Origin: Nemertoderma westbladi
Lineage: Eukaryota > Animalia > Xenacoelomorpha
Direction of reading: 5' to 3'
NCBI GenBank assembly: GCA_032718475.1
Contig: JAUCBJ010005124.1
Location: 1-51,364 of the forward strand
DNA length: 51,364 bases
Shown piece by piece: positions 34,835 through 44,689 of the stretch. Each line of letters opens with the position of its first letter. Position 1 is the stretch's first letter. The position numbers and the translations under genes are program-made. The notes under the pieces are model-generated. The model did no database searches and was not told where the DNA came from. It was given only the letters and a program-made list of their open reading frames with translations.

Positions 34835-37411
34835 ATGGACCCAAATCGCCAAATTATCGGCGAATTACGTAACACGATAGATCTACTGGAATATTCGCAA
34901 CCTGGATCCCCTGACTTTGATACAAATTGGAGCACCCTGCTAAATGAGAACGTGCGAGTCGTTAAATTCACCAGGCAAGAGGGACCGGATTCCAAGAATC
35001 TACGAGCCCTCCAGTTAGCCGATGCTAGTACGAGACTGAAAAGAACTCGGAACGCAAAGGCAACCGGAGGGGACGATTCGGCGTTTTGGGAAACGTTCCG
35101 ACAGAGCGTCTACAGATCCCGATGTTTGATCTACGACAACGAGGGAAACGCGACGCCCACCTCGAAAGCGATTACATTGGCGAGATGTCAAAGTTTCGTC
35201 GACGACAAGAGTACGTACCTCGCCCACTGGGGAAACCTGTCGGAGTGTACGGCGACGCTTCGAGAGGAACGTATATCGACCATCCAAAATCGCGACGACT
35301 ACCAAGAAAAATACGGGGCGAAAGAATACGGTCGATCCTTGGTCGTCGTCCTCGGAACCCTGGACGGTTTGGTATTGGTGTGTCGAATATTTCCGACACC
35401 CAGACAGGAAGTGCAGGCAGCCAGAGCGATCTGGTTGCTACCTCCGGATATCCAAAAGATCCTCTTCGACTTCGACGTCATTAAAATCGGGTCGGATATA
35501 AAGGCGGATGTCCGGAACGACTACGCGAACGCTCCCTCAGGAAGAAACCGACGGGACGACCTCAACGCCCTTAGCCATTGCGTCGACACTCAAACGCTAC
35601 TAGCCCTGTTACGATTCGCCGAGTTCATGCGAGGATTCCGGGAGGTAAGACCGACAAAATCCGGGATCGGCTACCTCGCTGTGCTAAACGGCGGCATCGA
35701 CTTCAAACCCCAGAAATTCCGGGACTATAATAAAATATATGGTGGATACCCGGGATTAGAAATAAAGAGCGAGCGAGAGGGTCGATGGAAGGACGTTGAT
35801 CGGAAGTGGACGATACACCAAAGGTGGGAGAATCCCGATCGACGGAACTACGTTTACGTCGTTATGGAGTGCTACACCGTCGCTAAGTTTATCTGTAAAA
35901 CTCTCGGTAACCTTATTATGGCGGTTCCCCTTTCCTTCGTCGACTACGACTGGAACGAGGTCATAAACCACGCGTTCAAAGCGGTCGAGAACATCACACC
36001 GGGAGAGACTAAAACGCTCGCCGTTATCGATTACTGGGACGAGAGCGGACCTTACGACATCCCCACGATTACCGATCTTCTCGGTGCGGAGGAGCCTCTG
36101 ATCTCTTCGGAAGGGGAAGAAATATGGCTAAACGAGGGTGTTCTTCTCTCCACCCCGAAGCGACAACTCGAGCCGGAGGCCGCTTACCAACCGGCCACCA
36201 AACGGGTTGCCTCCACCGAACCAACGACGGAAGCGGGCGTTTCCTCACCACTCGGCTTCGGTAGCCCTGCGAGGGAGTTGGTTACTACCTTCGCGTTAAA
36301 CGACTTCGGCGATACGTGCCAAAGGTTATCCCCGTATCCTTTCCCGGGTGGCGAAGACTGGTCGTCGGAGATTCCGAGTATCAGCAATCAACGGACCCGC
36401 TCAGCGATGTTGGTCGAGAAGGGCCCCAGCGCTGCGCCGACTCCCGATGATCTCCTCGGAATCCCTCCGTCGAAAACCCCGGCACCTCTTCGCCGACCAG
36501 CAGTGGCTACTACACCCTCCGTTCCTCAGGATCCTATGCGACTAACCCGTTGGTACGCCGAGCAAACCGAATGGATCCACCGCCAGAAACGGTCGTCCGA
36601 GTTGAGGCCGACGGGACACAAAGAAGGTTATCGGAGCGAAGAACTACTATGCCAAAGCCCAGCCTTCCGCGGGCTACCGACCACCGCGAATATCCAGAAG
36701 AGCGACCGACGACTCGAGTATCACGTCGGCATCCCGATTCCGATATTCCCCAGTCGAGAGATGCAGTTGGAGGTGTGCGGCGACTGTGGTTCGGAGCAGT
36801 GCCCACGCGGTAGAAGGAATCGGGTTACCGATTCATGCCTCCAGCTCCTCGGGATACTCTATTGCCCATACTGCGCGAAATCGGGCCACGACGTTTCCTT
36901 CTGTCCGATCCTATATAACCTCTGCACCACGTGCGGTTTCCGTGGACATTCCTCTAGCCCCCACTGTTATATCAAATGTCCTACCAAAGACGTTACCGCT
37001 ATGGGAAATATGGTCATGTTTGAAACATACGCAAACAGCCACATAAAGACCAAGGTTCGGAGAAACGCTCGGAATATCGCGCAGGAGATGGCGTGCGGGT
37101 ACTTCTCCTTCCCGGAACGCCTCCACACGTCGGCCACGTTGCCTTTCCATTACGTGGATTTGTTGCTGAGCGCTGGATTATTCGGTCCATTCGAAGTCAT
37201 TAGACGCTTATACTCGTATGAAGAGGAGTTCGGCGACGGAGAGTGGTTCCTCGAGGCTCGCAACTCCGAGTTGGAACGACGAACCGATATGCTACCGATG
37301 CCATCGAAAGGAAGAGCCGCCAGGAGACAAGCCGAAGCGTTGCTCACGATGGATGTTGACGCTCCTCTACCAGCTATAGCGATCGACGAGAGCCGACGGG
37401 CGAAGAGGTGA
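34835..37411 (+). CDS. 858-aa protein: divergent DnaQ/DEDDy-like 3'-5' exonuclease domain, Pro-rich linker and C-terminal Cys/His zinc-knuckle cluster
   Basis: LPPDIQKILFDFDVIKIGSDIKADV, CVDTQ, SGIGYLA and W..PDRRNYVYVVMEC follow the WRN/EXD2/Mut-7 exonuclease pattern. C-terminal CPYCAKSGHDVSFC and CTTCGFRGH. Intact, GC- and CpG-rich, intronless; an acceptor-like TTTCAG lies at 34775-34780. Confidence 0.75.
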   Translation: MDPNRQIIGELRNTIDLLEYSQPGSPDFDTNWSTLLNENVRVVKFTRQEGPDSKNLRALQLADASTRLKRTRNAKATGGDDSAFWETFRQSVYRSRCLIYDNEGNATPTSKAITLARCQSFVDDKSTYLAHWGNLSECTATLREERISTIQNRDDYQEKYGAKEYGRSLVVVLGTLDGLVLVCRIFPTPRQEVQAARAIWLLPPDIQKILFDFDVIKIGSDIKADVRNDYANAPSGRNRRDDLNALSHCVDTQTLLALLRFAEFMRGFREVRPTKSGIGYLAVLNGGIDFKPQKFRDYNKIYGGYPGLEIKSEREGRWKDVDRKWTIHQRWENPDRRNYVYVVMECYTVAKFICKTLGNLIMAVPLSFVDYDWNEVINHAFKAVENITPGETKTLAVIDYWDESGPYDIPTITDLLGAEEPLISSEGEEIWLNEGVLLSTPKRQLEPEAAYQPATKRVASTEPTTEAGVSSPLGFGSPARELVTTFALNDFGDTCQRLSPYPFPGGEDWSSEIPSISNQRTRSAMLVEKGPSAAPTPDDLLGIPPSKTPAPLRRPAVATTPSVPQDPMRLTRWYAEQTEWIHRQKRSSELRPTGHKEGYRSEELLCQSPAFRGLPTTANIQKSDRRLEYHVGIPIPIFPSREMQLEVCGDCGSEQCPRGRRNRVTDSCLQLLGILYCPYCAKSGHDVSFCPILYNLCTTCGFRGHSSSPHCYIKCPTKDVTAMGNMVMFETYANSHIKTKVRRNARNIAQEMACGYFSFPERLHTSATLPFHYVDLLLSAGLFGPFEVIRRLYSYEEEFGDGEWFLEARNSELERRTDMLPMPSKGRAARRQAEALLTMDVDAPLPAIAIDESRRAKR

Positions 37412-37606
37412 AAGGCGTATCAGAGAAAGAAATAGTGGATCGGGATATTCCAGGAACATTTATCGAACATTTATTTTATATATATATATAAACTCTAGGC
37501 CAAATTAATTAAAACTATGCAATATTAAATTTGGGTTTTTTATATTGGGAATGACCTACGCAAACTCAATCTACCGACAGACTTCACGAAGGTCATTGGG
37601 GGGGAC

Positions 37607-39429
37607 TGTTCGCGGTATTTCAACTTTCCATAACGCGAGTTGAATATTTTTTGTACTAATTTAAAATGATTATTCCGATATCACTACTGGGTGCGGGACC
37701 ATGGGTTTTGGGCACATTCTATAAACTGGGGGCGATTTATGGGCGAACTTTGGGGCGACTTACAGGGTACGGGACTAATTTCATGTTTATAAGGGCCAGG
37801 GAGGGATGGAAAATTCAAGCAGTATTCAGGTTAGCCTGATTACTATTAGGCCCTGGCCAACTTCCTGCTGCCTGTAGAGGTGGATTTGGTAACGCACCAG
37901 GCCTAAAGGACAAGGACTGCCCTTAGCGGTCCCTGGCCAACAGCAGTTATTACGAGACTGAAAAGAACTCGGAACGCTGACTGCTTGTGTCAGGGATTTG
38001 CGACGGGAAACGACACGACAGACCCCTAGCCAAGCCGTACTGGTTCTCGATGATCGTTCCCTTCGGGGTTCGTGAGGGATGGGACGGACACGCAAAAGGG
38101 TCTACCGACTTACGGAGGAAGGGTTTGACGAGGACTGCCCTTAGCGGTCTCTGGTCAACAGCAGTTATTATGAGCCTGAAAAGAACTCGGAACGCCGGCT
38201 GCTTGTACCAGGGATTTGCGACGGGATTTGCGATTCACTACCGCACACTGCTGCACACTGATCTGCCGACCTTCACTAAATTTGATCATATATAAAGAGA
38301 ACAGCAACTGACACATGTAGGGTCTATGAAATAGCATTCAATTCACTCCAAAACCACTATAATGTAAGTCGCAATTGCTATATGTAACCGGTCTCTCTAA
38401 CCTTTAGTATATCAAGAAGATTGGGGTTTTATGATTATTTATCGATATTCTCCAAATATAACAACATTCCATCAACTGATAACAATTAATAACCGACAGT
38501 AAATAGCAGTAAAATAATGCGGTGAAAGGTACGTATAGTTATGATATGATAGGTGGTAGAGATGTGACAGGAAAGCCGATGTTCTGGGCTCAGGAAAAAG
38601 GTAAACAAAAAAAAACAAACATTTTTTTATTAACATCGTACATAACAATAACACAAACAGCATATTAAAAAACGGTATATGGAAATTGTATGTTTTAAAA
38701 ATAATGCAACCAACATAATATTAAATTATAGTACAGTACAATGTTAGGAATAGCCCCATGAGGTTATACCTCGTTTCCATGGAGGTTCCTTTAAATTAAA
38801 CTGAATTAAACAGAAATTACGTGCAATAATTGTTTAACATGCAAATAAATAAAATATGGTAGACCATAGTACAGTACCTACATAATTAAAAAAATATACC
38901 AACAACTCGAAATATGGAAAACACTAGAAAATTAAGTTAATAGATATAGCAATAGTTATGATGTACCGACTGACACAAAGAAATAAAATATGGAAGACCG
39001 TAGTTCAGCTAGAAATTTAAAAATATAACAGAAAGAATTTAAAAATAAAGCAGAAAATATGTCATAAAATCGAGATATGTAAAACATAGGCAATAAATAT
39101 AGCAATAGTTATGAAGTACAGCGATACACACACAAGGAATAAAGTATTGTAGACCGTAATTTAAAAATAACGCAGCAAATAGGTCGTAAAATAGAAATAT
39201 ATGTAAAACCCTTCGGGGTTCGGGAGGGGTGGGACGGACACGCGACAGAGTCTACCGACTGGACTGACCATTAGCCAAGCCGTGCTGGTTCTCGATGATC
39301 GATCCCTTCGGGGTTCGGGAGGGGTGGAACGGACACGCGACAGGGTCGACCGACACCGACACTACGGCATCAAGACTAGGACCGAGGGAAAATCTGGGAA
39401 CATTAGTTAGGCTAAAATCTGAGCGAACA
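37607..39429 (+). repeat. Putative 1.8-kb 3' LTR (TGTTCGC...GCGAACA) preceded by a PPT
   Basis: GGGGGGGAC at 37598-37606 is immediately followed by TG. The ends form a 7-bp terminal inverted repeat. The partner LTR is not in the window. Confidence 0.65.
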
Positions 39430-40367
39430 GTGGGTAATTAAATAATATACTGTAGGGATTTATATTGTCGTGTATAATTATTGTGAATATTTGGTGTATA
39501 TTGATTTGGGGAAGCCCAAAATTATTCTCAATCAGGTTCAACAGAGTTCAGTTACATTAAAGAGTATATCCAACTAATGCAGCTTTTTCTCAACCGCAAC
39601 CTGCATCTCAGAAATCATTCCTTCTCCACAATCAATATCCGGTGACTGGCCGGGGCTCGGTGGTCTGTAAAGTCACGGCGTGTTTCCCCCCTGGTGTTGG
39701 GATAACGGCAACATACCACGCTGTTATATTATATTATATCGATTGCCAACTCATCGATTTACGCAGAACCCAATAATTTTCAATTGTACTGTATTTCCCT
39801 ACCAACTAATCAACCAACCAATAAACCGAATTTAGGCTATTTCTCAGAAAATTTCTCAGTTTTCTGAAAAAGCCAGGAAAGTTTTAAGCTCAATTGATAT
39901 TAATGCTTCTGATAATAGTATTCATCTCTTAGATTACAACCTGAAAGTTGAGCATGAGGGAAAATTAATCAATATCTTACTATTATCCATGATAGAGGGG
40001 TTAATTGTTATTACACAATACAACGAAGCTGGTGAAAAGTTTGAAATTTGGCTAAATCGGCATAATCCCTACGAAATTATGTCTTTCTTTATTGTAATGA
40101 TTTCAAAAGAATCCTTTGTCGAAACTGAAGAATCAACAGATAATGTTGAATATGTTGATAATATCATTGATTCTTGACTTTTCCCCCTATATTATAAATA
40201 TTTTATGATTATTTTTAAAATTTTGATCTTTTTAATTATGAAAAAAAATCAAATTTTAAATAATCGAAAATTGTAGTAGTATTTGTATATACAGTATATC
40301 AGATTTGTTTGTTGTGTATTGAGGTAATTATTTTCAATTTACTTTAAAATTTGGAAAATGGATATTT

Positions 40368-40772
40368 TTGCAACATCGAGATTATTATAAATGTGAAAAT
40401 AAACATGCAACTTGTGTACAATGTATTGTACAATATTCCGAAATGAATAATTATTGTTCTAAAATTTGTCCTATTTGTCGCGCGCCCATATCTAAGTTAA
40501 ATATGAAATTGGCGAGATACCAACCCTATTATTGGAAAGAGCTACGAAATATAACTTATATTTCTGCGGAAAGTAATGATCCTGGAGATTTATTTACAAT
40601 ATTGGAGAATATTTTTTATAGAAATGTAGTACGACGGTGTTGCTACTATATTCCTTATTTTTTTAGTAGCAAACATAAAAAAATCATTAGCGCGAAATTC
40701 CCGGGAGGTGATTTCCAAACCGCCGATGTTACCTATCATTATTTCGCGTATAAAGATGCTCACCATGCTTGA
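40368..40772 (+). CDS. RING-finger-like protein (probable Polinton accessory gene); N-terminus uncertain
   Basis: CENKHATCVQC...CPICRAPI; a CLLC-encoding stretch at ~40306 could supply the first Cys pair. Confidence 0.55.
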   Translation: MQHRDYYKCENKHATCVQCIVQYSEMNNYCSKICPICRAPISKLNMKLARYQPYYWKELRNITYISAESNDPGDLFTILENIFYRNVVRRCCYYIPYFFSSKHKKIISAKFPGGDFQTADVTYHYFAYKDAHHA

Positions 40773-40991
40773 AATTACATTGAAAATGAGTCTATACTAT
40801 AATTGGAAATAGCACCTTTTGTTGCAGCGAGCGTCACATACTGTAGTTGTGTCATATGTTAATTAAATATACAGTACTCTAATATTGTAGTTGCATCAAT
40901 TATTGTTATATACATAGTAATGGTGATGGTTTATTGATATTTATATTATATTATATTATATTGTATTGTTGATATATCTTAATAATAATAA

Positions 40992-41678
40992 ATGGCTGAC
41001 TTTAATTCAGGTCCATATAATTTAAACTTTCAAATGGGAACGAGTATGATAATTTCTGGCCCATCTGGTTCCGGAAAGTCTACATTTGTCGGCAATTTAA
41101 TTAAACACAAGAATGGTTGTTTCAACGAACCCCCCTTGCGAGTATTGTATTGTTACGGGAGCAATCCCCCAACTATTCCTGGTATTACACACCTTTACAA
41201 AGGTTTGCCTGAAAATATAGATAGTTTAGTGAATAGTCGAGATTTATTAATTATAGATGATTTATTAACAGAAACTGAGTCCAGTACAGCTTTAACTGTA
41301 TTGTTTACTAAGGTAGCTCATCATTCTAATATATTTATTTGTTTTATAACGCAAAACATGTTTTATGGTGGGAAGCATAACCGCACAAGATCAATTAATA
41401 GCCATACCTTAGTATTAATGAAAAATCCGCGAGACAGTTTATCGGTTTTAAATTTCGCGAAGCAGATGTTACCAGGGCAGACCAAATTTTTAGTAGATTC
41501 CTATCAAGATGCGACTATTGAACCATTTTCATATTTCTTAATTGATTTACGACAGGAAACACCCGAACATTTAAGATTTAGATCGGATATATTTTGTAAT
41601 CATAATTGTTGCATTAAAAATTACATTGACTATAAACGTAGCGAAAATAATAATAATAATAATAATAATAATAATTAA
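40992..41678 (+). CDS. Polinton/Maverick (adintovirus-like) A32/FtsK-HerA DNA packaging ATPase
   Basis: Walker A GPSGSGKS, Walker B LLIIDDL, then AHH.NI...FITQN.F, RT.S.N and LMKNPRD motifs. Confidence 0.92.
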   Translation: MADFNSGPYNLNFQMGTSMIISGPSGSGKSTFVGNLIKHKNGCFNEPPLRVLYCYGSNPPTIPGITHLYKGLPENIDSLVNSRDLLIIDDLLTETESSTALTVLFTKVAHHSNIFICFITQNMFYGGKHNRTRSINSHTLVLMKNPRDSLSVLNFAKQMLPGQTKFLVDSYQDATIEPFSYFLIDLRQETPEHLRFRSDIFCNHNCCIKNYIDYKRSENNNNNNNNNN

Positions 41679-41711
41679 TATTTTGTAACAATTTTCAATA
41701 ATGTTGCAACA

Positions 41712-42085
41712 ATGAATAGAAATATCGTAACGAGCTGGAATTTCTACGCAGCGCTACCCCTCAACAAAGAACTTATTTTATTAACCATACCGCGAGTTAC
41801 GAATTAATACGGCTCATTGTAAATACTACATTAAATGTTCTAAAAGGTAACGTACAATTGACCCCTCATTCATTTAGAAATATTCGCTGCTATAAAAAGG
41901 TATTAAAATCACTCAACTGCAAAACGAAAAATATATCAAGTTACAGAAAAAAGTTAAGCAATCAATCTGGAGGCATACTACCGTTTCTAATACCCTTACT
42001 CGGCATTGGTGCAAAACTCGCCGCGAGTGCTGGTGCCGCCGCCGCTGGAGCGGCTATTGCGAAAAAAATTAACCGCGGACGGTAA
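41712..42085 (+). CDS. Conserved Polinton small protein with a GG protease-site motif and amphipathic tail; 5' frameshift
   Basis: ...LIRLIVNTTLNVLKGNVQLT...KKVLKSL...KKLSNQSGGILPFLIPLL, directly downstream of the ATPase. Confidence 0.7.
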
Positions 42086-42306
42086 TAATGGTTAAAACAG
42101 GAGTAACATTTAGAAAATTATATTTAGTATCGAGTAAACCGTTAGCTACTGATTTAAAACCTCAAGATATACCTAGAGTAAATACTACAAAAAGAAAACC
42201 CTTTAAAACATCAACTTCAAAGAAAATAAAAAAATTTCAGCTGTTTTTACGGTGATGCCCTTTATAAGAGATTTGAATATACATATTACTTGCAGTTGTC
42301 GAAAAG

Positions 42307-42632
42307 ATGCCACGCAAGATGAGACCGATTTTAAGCTGAAGCTTAGACAAAAAACTGTTAAGAATTTATTTAGATCCTTCATCCCCTGCGGGTTTTGCAA
42401 GTATCGCAAAATTAGCAAAAGCCGCAAACATCAAACCAGCTCAAGCCCAGAAATGGTTGAGCGGGCACAAGACATACTCCCTTCACGCACCACGTAGACA
42501 TCATTATTCAACATCTAAAATATTTACGGGAGGGTTAAAAGATATATATATATATGATAGATCTGGTGGATATGCAGCAATATAAATCACAAAATAATAA
42601 TTATAACTATATATTAACATGTATTGATGCCA
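42307..42632 (+). pseudogene. Polinton retroviral-type (rve) integrase, N-terminal part only
   Basis: YLDPSSPAGF...KWLSGHKTYSLHAPRR, a frameshift in (AT)n, then IDLVDMQQYKSQNNNYNYILTCIDA. Similarity stops abruptly after this. Confidence 0.8.
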
Positions 42633-42894
42633 GCATTATGCAGGTATTTAATTTACTCAATTTCTATATCAATCTCTATTTACTTTGATCTACGAATTGT
42701 TCTAAGAATTTTATCAACTCAACTGCAATATTTACATTCTTCTATAAATATTATTTTTTCGATATACTCAAATTCCTATTATCTTTGATCTACGAATTGT
42801 TCTATTAACTTTATCACCTCAACTGCAATTTGATTTATTATTTCTTTTTTCACTCTCCACTCTTTCTTATCTAATATGTCTTATTCTGATTCAG

Positions 42895-44689
42895 ATGATT
42901 CTACCCCAACTGGCACTGGACCCCACTGGAGAAGTAATTCCTTCGAAATCAATCCGCTATATATACGACTGCACTATCTGCGATCCCCAAAGGCCACAGA
43001 AGTACCTCTCTACACATCTTCAGAAAGTTCATAATTTAAGTAAGGAAGAATCCAAACTACGAATACAAGAATTTAAAGAAGCATGGTCCCAATCTAAATC
43101 TACAAAGGTCATCAATAATCTAGAAGATTATATTTATACAGTAGTTAGGCAAATTATGGTTTCAAACAATGTTGGGGAGGGAGCTGAAGTATTGTCTGAT
43201 TGGGTTATTTTACGGCTAGGTAAAAAAGTTGATAAGGGTGTCCCAAACAAAGTTATATCATTAAGAGGCAATGACTTTATAAAATATAGAAACGTAGGAA
43301 GTCAGGCAGGTAATGGTATTGGCAACGGGAGACCTTAATGAGGGGCAGATTGCTGTAGATATTCCTTCAGCATCACCTAAACTTACATAAACTTGCATTC
43401 CCCTACCACACCTTGTTCAGTCATCCTTGCAAGGTGCGACTCTGTCCTTAAGGATAAAGGTTGTAGGAGGAACTTGAGTTTTTGGTTTTCCTCAGATGAT
43501 GCTGATAGTGAAGGAGAGATCATATGACCTCCTAAACGCCCCAGAGTGATGATGATAGTGATTGCGATGAGGTGGTAGGGAAGTGTGTCACAACTGGCTA
43601 TGACTGGGGTGCGCAATCGGTTAAGGGCAAGCTTGCTATACATGATTTTGACCTAAGGTTTGATCCAACCCATGTACAGGTTCTCCAGAAATGGAAGGAC
43701 TCCATGGTGGCGGATCAACGTAACAGTCAAAAATATGTCAAGCAAAACCTTAACACGGTTGCTACTATTGCATTCCAGTTTCAGAGGCGGTTGGGCACTA
43801 CTGATCAGGGTTTTGTAGAACTGTCAGTCTGTGACCTTGGGCAGTTGAAGTTGGTGATGGCAGAGGAGCATGAGAAATGTGGCATAAAGGGTGAAAGTTT
43901 AGATGGCCACCTGAAGTGCCTTCTGAGGTTCTTTCAGTTCAGATCTGGATCAACTGGTGCAGATGAAATATCATCTCACCTATGATCCAATATCTCCTTG
44001 GCCAGAGAGGCTATCAAGAGCTTCCACAAAACTCACCCTTTGGTCATCCCTAGAGAGACAGGGAAGGAGCTAAACTCAATGATTGAGTTTCATGATAAGA
44101 CTCCAGCAGATGCCCTGTTTCTTGTGAAGGATGAGAAAATCCTTCATTCTGTGATTGAGGCCCAGAGGAAACTTCACATAGGGTGGATTGATTGCACATT
44201 ATATTTGTTCTATGTTCAGTACCTTATGGCCATTATCATAGTTGGGGAGCACCAACGCCCTAGTGTTGCTGGAAAGATGAAGATGGTGGAATTCCATCGA
44301 GCATATAAGCCGCCCTTTGTGTCAGAATCAAGGCAGCACTTGATTTTGGTTGCTGACCATAAGACAAAGGCAACAAATAATGCTGCAGTTGTCCTCCCAC
44401 TACAGGATGATTCAACATTATTGCGATGTGATTAGACCGCGCATGCTAAAGCAAGCGGGTGTCTCACATAGCAACTATGTGTTCATCAATGGTAGAGGGA
44501 AGTTTTATGGGGTCTATCCCTCTCAGGAGATTGAGCGGATTCATGAAAGCCTCCATCTCGAGTTTAAGCCATCTGCCACTCAGATCCGGAAGATAGTTGA
44601 GACTGCTGCCTCTAAGCTATCTTGCCAAGAAAATCGAGATAAGCTGGCATCTTATCTGCCACTCTGTGGTTACGAGAGATCGTAATTAC
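42895..44689 (+). pseudogene. C2H2 zinc finger plus tyrosine recombinase (Crypton-like), disrupted
   Basis: CTIC..YLSTHLQKVH; catalytic motifs GEHQRPSV (R), VADHKT (K), SATQIRK (R) and, after a 1-nt shift, HSVVTRDRNY (H..Y). Confidence 0.85.

Noticed and set aside
35015-37347. Short alternative-frame and antisense ORFs within the 858-aa ORF and within the pol genes
   Set aside because: Expected by-products of GC-rich coding sequence.
37607-39429. This LTR as the 5' LTR of the minus-strand BEL gag at 30993-33333
   Set aside because: Its left flank is a plus-strand PPT rather than a minus-strand PBS, so the orientation is opposite.
39430-42632. Complete Polinton/Maverick
   Set aside because: No pPolB, capsid proteins, cysteine protease or terminal inverted repeats are seen; this is a fragment only.
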